Program-made: the position numbers and the translations under genes | Source of the DNA: Candidatus Poribacteria bacterium | Lineage (GTDB): Bacteria > Poribacteria > WGA-4E > WGA-3G | Direction of reading: 5' to 3' | Assembly (NCBI GenBank): GCA_965205015.1 | Contig: OZ242029.1 | Span: forward strand, 2,016,001 to 2,080,000 | Length of the DNA stretch: 64,000 nt | The notes under the pieces: generated by a model | Seen by the model: the letters and a program-made list of their open reading frames with translations, nothing else | What the model was told of the DNA's origin: nothing | Databases searched by the model: none | In this document: positions 1-7,650 of the stretch, piece after piece | Position numbering within the stretch: position 1 is the first letter of the stretch | How the letters are laid out: each line of letters opens with the position of its first letter

Positions 1-16
1 TTCAACAAAACAATCT

Positions 17-227
17 TTTCACAGTAAACCCAAAAATCAGAAAATTCCCAAAGTGGCTCTAAACCCACACTGTGACTGGGTTTTCAAGGGATCGGAATCG
101 AGTCCCAATTTTAAAATTTCACAGTAAACGCCAAAAAATGCAAGACGCGCCAAATGCCTCTCATCCTACACCACACCTATGTTTTGAAAGGGTTACAAAG
201 ACCATTTTGCAAACGCTTACTGTGAAA
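17..227. repeat. Three copies of TTTCACAGTAA (17 and 117 direct, 217 inverted); possible MITE-like element
   Basis: tttcacagtaaac at 17-29 and 117-129; reverse complement ttactgtgaaa at 217-227. Confidence 0.6.
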
Positions 228-291
228 CTTTCATATCTTTGAAGTAATTTCCAATACCCAACCTACTTAAATTGGCTGTCTGCTTTTTTTT

Positions 292-321
292 TTGCAACTT
301 TTTTTGATTTTGGTGTATAAT
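292..321 (+). promoter_or_regulatory. Putative sigma70 promoter of the metal-efflux cluster
   Basis: TTGCAA (292-297), 18 nt spacer, TATAAT (316-321), upstream of ORF 382. Confidence 0.5.
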
Positions 322-381
322 ATCCTAAAGTATTTCATTCGGTTTCCACTTTCTGACGAAAACAGCGGAGTTTATTGAACC

Positions 382-822
382 GTGTTACAAAAACATCGGT
401 ACATTCTCATTCTACTCATGGGACTCTTGTACGTGTATTCGGTATGTCCGTTTCTATGTGCAACTTTAGATCAAAAGTCCTGCCACGACGCACCTCAAAG
501 AATCCTGAGTGGGGATACCGATCCCCAATCAACCTGCTGCCAAAGCACCAAACCAAGCACAGCGGGTGAAGCCGAAACTCCATCAGGGAGTGATAATTCG
601 TGCTGCTCAAAAGGTTTAGAACTTGTTCTTCCAGACGATAGATACAACACGCACGAATCCCGTGAATCGATTGAACAGTCTCTCGTCTCAATCCTCCCAA
701 TCTCAGCAACTTTACCTGTTACACCTTGGGAATCCCTCAAGAATTCCCCCGCACCGCTAACCTCCACATTTTTCCCCGACCACGCTCTATCCCATAGAGG
801 TCCTCCGTTTATCCAGTGCTAA
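382..822 (+). CDS. Cys-rich secreted leader protein with C-terminal RGPP motif (DUF2946/CutF/CruR-like putative arrest peptide)
   Basis: GTG start after GGAG; N-terminal hydrophobic segment; CPFLC and two CC pairs; Pro-rich C-terminus ending HRGPPFIQC; first gene of a metal-transport cluster. Confidence 0.7.
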   Translation: MLQKHRYILILLMGLLYVYSVCPFLCATLDQKSCHDAPQRILSGDTDPQSTCCQSTKPSTAGEAETPSGSDNSCCSKGLELVLPDDRYNTHESRESIEQSLVSILPISATLPVTPWESLKNSPAPLTSTFFPDHALSHRGPPFIQC

Positions 823-940
823 GTGAGTTCCACAAGATATCTTAAGCACTATCGTATTCCTTGATCCCATTACTTTTTTCAGAGTGTTTTCCCGAGCCTT
901 CTTTTTATGAAGGTTGGCAAGGAGAATTCTTAATAAACCT

Positions 941-975
941 GTCGCGCGGGGTTTCGTGTCTCGCCGCGCGACTTT
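941..975 (+). terminator. GC-rich hairpin with short U-run between leader ORF and barrel gene (possible attenuator)
   Basis: gtcgcgcgg (941-949) pairs with ccgcgcgac (964-972), followed by ttt. Confidence 0.45.
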
Positions 976-996
976 CAAATAAGAGAAATTAAAATT

Positions 997-2046
997 ATGA
1001 AAATCCGTCTGTTTTTATGCACACTGTTGTTCACTTCGGTATTTATCTCTTTCGGGTTCGCACAAGAAAGTTGTCCCGCTTGAAGTAACCCCGTCTTACC
1101 GCCCAGCGGTCTGATGAATGAAGTCAGTTTGGCTTCACAAGAGATAGATCAGTTTCGAGTGAATATCAATATGTTAGTGTCCCCCGACGCACAAGGTGGA
1201 CATCTTGAATCAAGGGGACTTTCACCAACAGGAAAAGTTATCGACACTCCTTTACATAGACACCGTGTAGGGTTGAGCACTTACCGGATTGATGTTGGGG
1301 TCCAATACTTGCTGAGCGATCGGTGGACGTTGCGAGCAAACATTCCGTATGCCGTCAAAGACCAGGACGCAAGTATTGAGTGGATTGATTCAGTAACTCC
1401 TGAAGATAGGCAAGCGATCTTGCGGAGTCGGGATATCCATCATCGAGATGAAACCTACGCCGGACTTACGGATTCAGATCTGTTTTTGGGTTATAAAATG
1501 CGTGGACTCTTTAAAACCGATGACCTACTGTTTGCGCGGTTGGGCACCACAATTCCGATTGGCAAAACCGAGGAAAATCCTTGGAAACTCGGAGATGCGG
1601 GCATTGAGCATCTCCATATCCAGTTCGGGACCGGCACCTTTAACCCAATTGCCAACTTGCAATACAGTTTACCGCTCTACCGAGGTCTGACGATTATGGC
1701 TTCTACACGTGGAACGTTTCCGTTCTATGAGAACAGCAAGACGTATCGAGGTTCAGTAGAGTTAACTTACACAGCTGGCTTTATGTATCGCCTTTCGGAT
1801 TGGTTTTCATTTAACGGGAACTATCTCGGATTTTATCAATCCCCTGCCGCTTGGGCTGGGGAGCGGGACATCAACACAGGGATGCGTTATAGCATGGCAG
1901 CACTCGGTATGTCCATAGTAACGCTAAACGACATTTCCGTGTCTGCCAATGTCATGTTTCCGCTGACGCAAGAAACCCTTTACGATGGCGGCGACGCAAT
2001 TGAATTTGGAACTTTGGTCTCTTTGGCAACAACCTATTCATTTTAA
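997..2046 (+). CDS. Outer-membrane beta-barrel protein with N-terminal CxxU motif; putative selenoprotein (in-frame TGA 1081-1083)
   Basis: ATG 997 is in frame with ORF 1114-2046 and reads MKIRLFLCTLLFTSVFISFGFA-QESCPA*SNPVLPPSGLMNE...; signal peptide, amphipathic strands, terminal Phe (TTYSF), His-rich loops. Confidence 0.7.
1092..1116 (+). promoter_or_regulatory. Candidate bacterial SECIS hairpin
   Basis: accgc(1098-1102)/gcggt(1106-1110) extended by cgtc/gatg; alternative fold cag-CGGU-ctg (1104-1113); directly 3' of the in-frame UGA. Confidence 0.4.
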
Positions 2047-2058
2047 AAGGAGAAAAAA

Positions 2059-2688
2059 ATGAAAATGAAATTGACACGGCGAATCCTCGCCTCTTTCATA
2101 GCAATTACAACCGTGCTACTGTTCTCAATCCTTTCACTTAAGGCAGAGAACGCACACAAACACGATAAAACCCATCAGCACGGTGATCACGCAGCTGCTG
2201 GTGAAAAAGTGCGTTGCACATTTAGTGGCATGATGATGAAACCTTCAGCGATGGTCAAAGTCGAACAGGACGGAAAAGCCTACTATTTCTGCAACGACAT
2301 GCAGGCAGAGATGTTCAAGGCGAATCCTGATAAGTACCTCCAGACAATTTCAGTGGGAAATTTGACATTCGATCTCAACGTGCTAACGACAGATGCATAC
2401 AAGATGATGATGTCTCACATGGGAATGGGAGGCATGATAAAAACTGACGAGATTCAGGGAAAAACGCACTATTTCAGTGTGTACCCGACGCAAGATCATG
2501 GGGAGATTGCGTTAGGTGATGTTAAACTCGCCATTCAGGTTACCAATGCCGAAGGGGAAACGAGGATGGCATTACTCAAATATAGCAAAATGACGCGGAC
2601 CTATGAGGGGTTCATTGTTATACCAAAGGGTGAGAAACACGAGGTGCGCATTCGGGTAACCAGCCCAGCTGTCAAAATTTTGCTTTAA
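2059..2688 (+). CDS. Secreted His/Met-rich YHS-domain-like metal-binding protein
   Basis: AAGGAG RBS, signal peptide, HKHDKTHQHGDH, CTFSGMMM...GKAYYFC...FKANPDKY (YHS-like), MMMSHMGMGGM. Confidence 0.8.
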   Translation: MKMKLTRRILASFIAITTVLLFSILSLKAENAHKHDKTHQHGDHAAAGEKVRCTFSGMMMKPSAMVKVEQDGKAYYFCNDMQAEMFKANPDKYLQTISVGNLTFDLNVLTTDAYKMMMSHMGMGGMIKTDEIQGKTHYFSVYPTQDHGEIALGDVKLAIQVTNAEGETRMALLKYSKMTRTYEGFIVIPKGEKHEVRIRVTSPAVKILL

Positions 2689-2690
2689 GG

Positions 2691-2830
2691 GTTGTCAATT
2701 GTCGGTTATCAGTTATCGGTCAAAGAGGGCTCTGATAGCAATCTTCCCCACCTTGGAATACGCCAGCGCGCGGTAAATTGTTACAGAGCAGCTTCTTAAC
2801 TGACGACTGACAACTGATAACTGACGACTA
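2691..2830. repeat. Intergenic element bounded by inverted heptamer arrays
   Basis: gtcggttatcagttatcggtca (2701-2722) versus aactgacgactgacaactgataactgacgac (2798-2829). Confidence 0.7.
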
Positions 2831-2847
2831 TTAACAAGGAGACCATA

Positions 2848-4200
2848 ATGCGTACAGTCAGGCTACGCCATCAAGTGACGGCAATTGTTATCGGCAGCAT
2901 GCTGGTGTTGGGTGTTCTGATGCAAACGGAAGCACATGGAATCACTCAGACAACACCAACGCCAGAACAAACCGATACGACAACCCTATTTGCTGAAACC
3001 CTTGAACTGCCGAATCTAATTCAGGTCGCTGTCGATCGGAATCCTAAAGTTAAAGCCGCAAAGGCACGGTGGCAGGCGACGATTGAGCAGTACCCACAAG
3101 TGACAGCATTGCCCGATCCGATGTTCATGTATGGCTATTTCTTACGGAGCGTGGAGACGCGAGTGGGACCGCAACGGCATCGGGTTAGCTTTTCACAAGC
3201 GTTTCCATACCCGGGCACCCTTGATGCAGCCGGACAGGTCGTCAAAAAAGCGATCGAAATTGAACGCGTGAAGCACGAGCAGGTAATACGGAATCTCATT
3301 GTTGAACTGAAACTGAGTTACCACGAGTTAGCGTATCTCCAGCGGGCAGTCGAACTGACACGACAAAACCATCAACTGATAGCCTCTATTCTCGCGATTG
3401 CCACAACTCGTTATGCCGAAGGGGAAGCGATACTCAATGATGTATTGAAGGCACAAAGTCAACTCGCTCAGTTAGAATACGATCTCGTCCTGCTGGAGGA
3501 ATTGCAGCGCGTTGAACATGCGAACATCAATGGAATCCTGTCTGTTCCTTCAACAACGCCGCTTGGCGCAACGGCACCTGTTGCCTATGAACCGCTTGAT
3601 GTGACGTTAGCCGATATTGAAAAACAGGCACTATCAAAGCGACAGGAGTTGCGAATTGCAGCGCTAACCATCGAAAAAGCCACCAAAGGGATTGTCCTTG
3701 CTGAACTCCAAACGAAACCCATGCTTAAGTTTGACTTAATGACAGTCGAAACGGGTAAAGCCTTGATGTTCGACACACCCGGCAGTGGTAAAAACCCATT
3801 TAGCATCGGGTTTGGTGTGACAATTCCGTGGTCAAGTTTGAAGAACAGCAGCAAAGTTCGCGAGGCGCAGCAAAACCGTGAGACTGTCACAGCGAACAAG
3901 CGCGCCTTGGAGGACGAAACGAAGGTTACCCTCCAAAAGATTTATTTTCGCCTTGAAAACGCGCGGCGGCTGATCGATCTCTATGAGACGACACTCATTC
4001 CGCAGGCGGGTGCTGCTATTGAGGTGGCGGAGACATGGCATCAAGAGGGACCCAAAAGCATAGCCGGATTCCTTGAGACGCAGAGTGTTTGGTTGAATTT
4101 TAATCTTGCTCGCCTACGTGCGATGGCAGACTATCAACAGAATGTAGCTCGATTGGAACGTCTGGTTGGGGGAAGGATCGATGATTCACAGAACCCTTAA
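2848..4200 (+). CDS. TolC-family outer membrane efflux protein (CusC/CzcC-like)
   Basis: NPKVKAAKARW...LPDPMF...SQAFPYPG motifs; OEP-type helical repeats; context. Confidence 0.9.
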   Translation: MRTVRLRHQVTAIVIGSMLVLGVLMQTEAHGITQTTPTPEQTDTTTLFAETLELPNLIQVAVDRNPKVKAAKARWQATIEQYPQVTALPDPMFMYGYFLRSVETRVGPQRHRVSFSQAFPYPGTLDAAGQVVKKAIEIERVKHEQVIRNLIVELKLSYHELAYLQRAVELTRQNHQLIASILAIATTRYAEGEAILNDVLKAQSQLAQLEYDLVLLEELQRVEHANINGILSVPSTTPLGATAPVAYEPLDVTLADIEKQALSKRQELRIAALTIEKATKGIVLAELQTKPMLKFDLMTVETGKALMFDTPGSGKNPFSIGFGVTIPWSSLKNSSKVREAQQNRETVTANKRALEDETKVTLQKIYFRLENARRLIDLYETTLIPQAGAAIEVAETWHQEGPKSIAGFLETQSVWLNFNLARLRAMADYQQNVARLERLVGGRIDDSQNP

Positions 4201-5758
4201 AATCGGTCTCATAGTGCTCACTGTTTTGGTAGGCGGGTGTGCCAGTCAGCGACTGGAAACCTACCAAGAGTTACGTAGCACTGAGATACAACGACCGGCA
4301 TATTACTATACCGAAGTCGAAACAGAGGTTTCCGATACGGAAAGCGAATCGACCGTGGAAACAGACCCATTTCTCAGCGAGATTGAAGCGAAGGTGTTGA
4401 AATACCAGAAACAGTGGCAAGCGCAATTGGAGAGTGAAACACCAGTACCCAATCTGTTTTACGATTTTTCAACGGACACCATGAAGGCACATCGACGATT
4501 GGCAGCATCACCGGAAGCAGCGAGAACCCAGCTTGCCCAACCTATTGTGCTGGAACTCCTCATAGCACTTGGATATGAATGGAACCCAGGTTTGAAAGCT
4601 GCCCATGAAAAAATTCGAGCGGTGCTGGAGCAGTATCCGCAAGCTGTTTACTTAGAAAATGTGTTACGTCAGTATAACGCTTTCACAAAACAACTGGATA
4701 CAAAAGTGGGACCGTTGACCCATAAAGAGATGACGGCAATGAAATTTCCGTTTCCAGGGACCTTGGCGTTGAAAGGGCAAGTTATTACTGAAGATGTGCG
4801 AATCGCCAAAAAAGAGTTCGAGATCGCATTACGGGATTTGGTGACCGAGATTAAGCTAGCTTACTACGATTATCTTTTTCTTACTGAGACAACCCATATT
4901 AACGAAGAAAATCAGGAACTACTAAAGCAGATGATTGCTATTGCGCAGGCGAAGTTTCGTGTTGGACAGGGCAAATATTCAAACCTCATTATGGCGCAGG
5001 TGGAATTAGCGAAATTGGCAGATGCAATTATTACACTTGAACAACAACGAGAAACTGTTATGGCACGCATTAATACATTGTTAAATAGTGCTGTGGATTT
5101 GCCATTAGGGGACCCTATGCCCGTTGAAGAAGATCGCGTGACACCTACTTTAACTGAGTTGTATGCGTTAGCAATTAAGAATCGTCAGGAGATTCAAAAA
5201 CAGAAATTGGCAATCAGTAAGATGGCTTTGGTTGTGGAGATGGCAAAGCAAATGACATATCCTGACCCGACGCTCGGGGCAAGTTACTTTGAAAATCGGA
5301 GCATGCCTGACTTGAAACACACACAAAAAATGCCGAGCACTTTTATGGCGCAACGTACATTAAATGCAAAGAATACAGCAGGGTTCGGACACCGAAATTC
5401 GTATATCCATGAAATGGGTGTAAAGATTGAGGCGATGGAGCACCAAATTGAGAAACTCGAAAGCGATCTCCGCTTTGTTGTGAAAAAACATCATTTTGGA
5501 ATGGAGACAGCAAATCGGAGTATTCGCCTTTATCGTCAGACACTACTTCCGCAAGCACAGCAGGCGTTGAGTGCCGCGAATACAGCGTATCAAGCGGCGC
5601 AAATTGACTTTTTGAGTTTCCTGGATGCCCAACGCACTTTATTAAATTTGAGGATTGAAGAGCAGCGGGCGCTGCGTGATTACCGCCAACACCTTGCACA
5701 GTTAGAACAGGCAGTTGGTATGATATTGCCCAAACAACCATTGATCCGAGGTTTTTAA
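4181..5758 (+). CDS. Second TolC-family outer membrane efflux lipoprotein
   Basis: ATG 4181, lipobox-like LVGGC, FPFPGTL, FLSFLDAQRTL...LEQAVG; overlaps previous gene. Confidence 0.88.
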   Translation: MIHRTLKIGLIVLTVLVGGCASQRLETYQELRSTEIQRPAYYYTEVETEVSDTESESTVETDPFLSEIEAKVLKYQKQWQAQLESETPVPNLFYDFSTDTMKAHRRLAASPEAARTQLAQPIVLELLIALGYEWNPGLKAAHEKIRAVLEQYPQAVYLENVLRQYNAFTKQLDTKVGPLTHKEMTAMKFPFPGTLALKGQVITEDVRIAKKEFEIALRDLVTEIKLAYYDYLFLTETTHINEENQELLKQMIAIAQAKFRVGQGKYSNLIMAQVELAKLADAIITLEQQRETVMARINTLLNSAVDLPLGDPMPVEEDRVTPTLTELYALAIKNRQEIQKQKLAISKMALVVEMAKQMTYPDPTLGASYFENRSMPDLKHTQKMPSTFMAQRTLNAKNTAGFGHRNSYIHEMGVKIEAMEHQIEKLESDLRFVVKKHHFGMETANRSIRLYRQTLLPQAQQALSAANTAYQAAQIDFLSFLDAQRTLLNLRIEEQRALRDYRQHLAQLEQAVGMILPKQPLIRGF

Positions 5759-5781
5759 TCCATTGAAAAGGAGTTCACAAA

Positions 5782-7578
5782 ATGCCTAAAAATTTCTGCT
5801 TTGCAACTGCACTCATAATGACTGTGCTTTTCGGATTCAGCTGTAATCAGCCAGAGAACACTAAAATGGAACATCATGTTAGTAGCAAACTTGAAACAGT
5901 ATCAGAGGATACTTCGAGCATAGATGAACACGCCAACCATACCGCAAGAGGGACATCCTCAGACGAAGCCAAAACGATCCGTTACTGGACATGTGTTATG
6001 CATCCGACGGTCAAAATGTCAGAACCTAACAATTGTCCAGTTTGTAAGATGGATCTGATTCCCATTTACGAAGGATCAGGACTGGAACTCACTGAGCAAC
6101 AAAAGGCGCTGATTCCAGTGCGTACTGAACCTGTTGCGTTCCGTGAGGTTTCCCGCGAAATTCGAACCGTCGGTGTTCTGGATTATAATGAGACCCGTAT
6201 GGCGTACGCTTCAACACGAATCTCCGGATGGATTGAGGACTTGCACATTGATTTCACAGGTATCAACGTGCGTGAAGGCGATGAGCTTTTATCTATCTAC
6301 AGCCCGGAATTGGTCACAGCGCAAGAAGAATACTTGACGGCACTTAAAAGCATTGAGGAACTGCAAAATACAGAATACGCTACACTTCGAAAATCAGTTG
6401 AACAGACCCTTACCGCTGCAAAATCCAAACTTGAATTATACGGATTGACCTTAGACCAGATTGAGGGGATACGCAACCGCGGAGAGGTCAGTACAACCTT
6501 ACCCCTGTTTGCACCGATAGCTGGTACTGTGGTTCACATGAACGTCACGGAAGGTCAACACGTGAACAAGGGGATGAATCTTTATCACATTGCCGACCTC
6601 AGTAGCTTATGGATTATGGCAGACGTTTACGAATATGAACTGCCTTGGATCTACATGGCGCAAGCGGTTGAAATTACGACGCAGTCGATGCCCGGACTAA
6701 CGTTTTCTGGTAAAGTCTCCTACATTTATCCATTCTTTGATGCCCAAACGCGGACCCAAAAAGTCCAGATAGAAGTCGCCAATCCCACTGGACGACTCCG
6801 CCCCGGGATGTATGTAACGCTTCAAATGAAGCCTACACTCGCAGAGATCTATACGCAAGGAGCTGTCTCGAATATTGCATCCGAGCCAATATCTGAAACA
6901 GAAGGGAAGTGGTCGTGTCCTATGCATCCAGAGGTGCAGTCTGATGAATTCGGAGAGTGTTCTATCTGTGGTATGGACCTCGTCGAAAAACAGGAGACCG
7001 AAACGGGAGGAAAATGGTCGTGTCCTATGCATCCAGAGGTGCAGTCTGACGAATTCGGAGAGTGTTCTATCTGTGGCATGGACCTCGTCGAAAAACAGTC
7101 AACTGATGCGCATTCTCACGGACATCAGTCTTTCACCTCGCCGACTGTTCCAGCAGATCAACCGCCACTAATTTTCAAATATGTGTGTCCTGATGATCCG
7201 GATGAATATGCGACCGTACCCGGCCTATGTCCACGGGACGGAAAACCCCTCCTTATGACAGGTGAAGTTTTAACTGTACCCAAAAGTGCAATCATTGACA
7301 CCGGTTTACGGAAGATTGTCTTTGTGGATCGGGGCGAATCAGGTTATGAACAAGTGGAAGTTGAAGTGGGTCCTGAGGCTTGGGGTACATCGAGCGGCTC
7401 AGAAACCAAACGCCGATACTATCCTATTGTGAGTGGGCTTACCCCTGGCGATATGGTTGTCACCCATGGCAACTTCCTGATAGATTCGCAGACGCAATTA
7501 ACAGGCTCCGCATCAGGGGCTTATGGCGGGGCACTCGGCGATGATGAATCAAAAGTATCGCCTGTCCATCAACATTAA
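5782..7578 (+). CDS. cusB: Efflux RND periplasmic adaptor (CusB-like) with multiple heavy-metal-binding domains
   Basis: WTCVMHP..CPVCKMDL, 2x WSCPMHP..CSICGMDL, YSPELVTAQEE, LRPGMY, GNFLIDSQ. Confidence 0.9.
   Translation: MPKNFCFATALIMTVLFGFSCNQPENTKMEHHVSSKLETVSEDTSSIDEHANHTARGTSSDEAKTIRYWTCVMHPTVKMSEPNNCPVCKMDLIPIYEGSGLELTEQQKALIPVRTEPVAFREVSREIRTVGVLDYNETRMAYASTRISGWIEDLHIDFTGINVREGDELLSIYSPELVTAQEEYLTALKSIEELQNTEYATLRKSVEQTLTAAKSKLELYGLTLDQIEGIRNRGEVSTTLPLFAPIAGTVVHMNVTEGQHVNKGMNLYHIADLSSLWIMADVYEYELPWIYMAQAVEITTQSMPGLTFSGKVSYIYPFFDAQTRTQKVQIEVANPTGRLRPGMYVTLQMKPTLAEIYTQGAVSNIASEPISETEGKWSCPMHPEVQSDEFGECSICGMDLVEKQETETGGKWSCPMHPEVQSDEFGECSICGMDLVEKQSTDAHSHGHQSFTSPTVPADQPPLIFKYVCPDDPDEYATVPGLCPRDGKPLLMTGEVLTVPKSAIIDTGLRKIVFVDRGESGYEQVEVEVGPEAWGTSSGSETKRRYYPIVSGLTPGDMVVTHGNFLIDSQTQLTGSASGAYGGALGDDESKVSPVHQH
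6910..7098 (+). repeat. Intragenic tandem duplication (84 nt unit, 105 nt period) of a heavy-metal-binding domain
   Basis: 6910-6993 and 7015-7098 identical except two synonymous changes. Confidence 0.95.
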
Positions 7579-7587
7579 GGCTCAGAT

Positions 7588-7647
7588 AAGAGGCGTTGTT
7601 AAACGAAAATCTCTTAACCGATAACTGATAACCGACAACCGATAACC
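7588..7647. repeat. Heptamer array (aaccgat/aactgat/aaccgac) element upstream of cusA
   Basis: aaccgataactgataaccgacaaccgataacc 7616-7647 preceded by aagagg...ctctt. Confidence 0.7.
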
Positions 7648-7650
7648 ATT

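Noticed and set aside
17-227. CRISPR array
   Set aside because: Repeats are only 11-13 nt, spacing is 100 nt, the third copy is inverted and there are no cas genes
1081-1083. Genome-wide UGA reassignment (code 4/25) as the explanation for the TGA
   Set aside because: TGA is a normal stop in other genes here (e.g. livF, lgt) and long ORFs are intact under the standard code
1114-2046. ORF-track start at ATG 1114
   Set aside because: Leaves an OM barrel without a signal peptide or RBS; the in-frame ATG 997 supplies one
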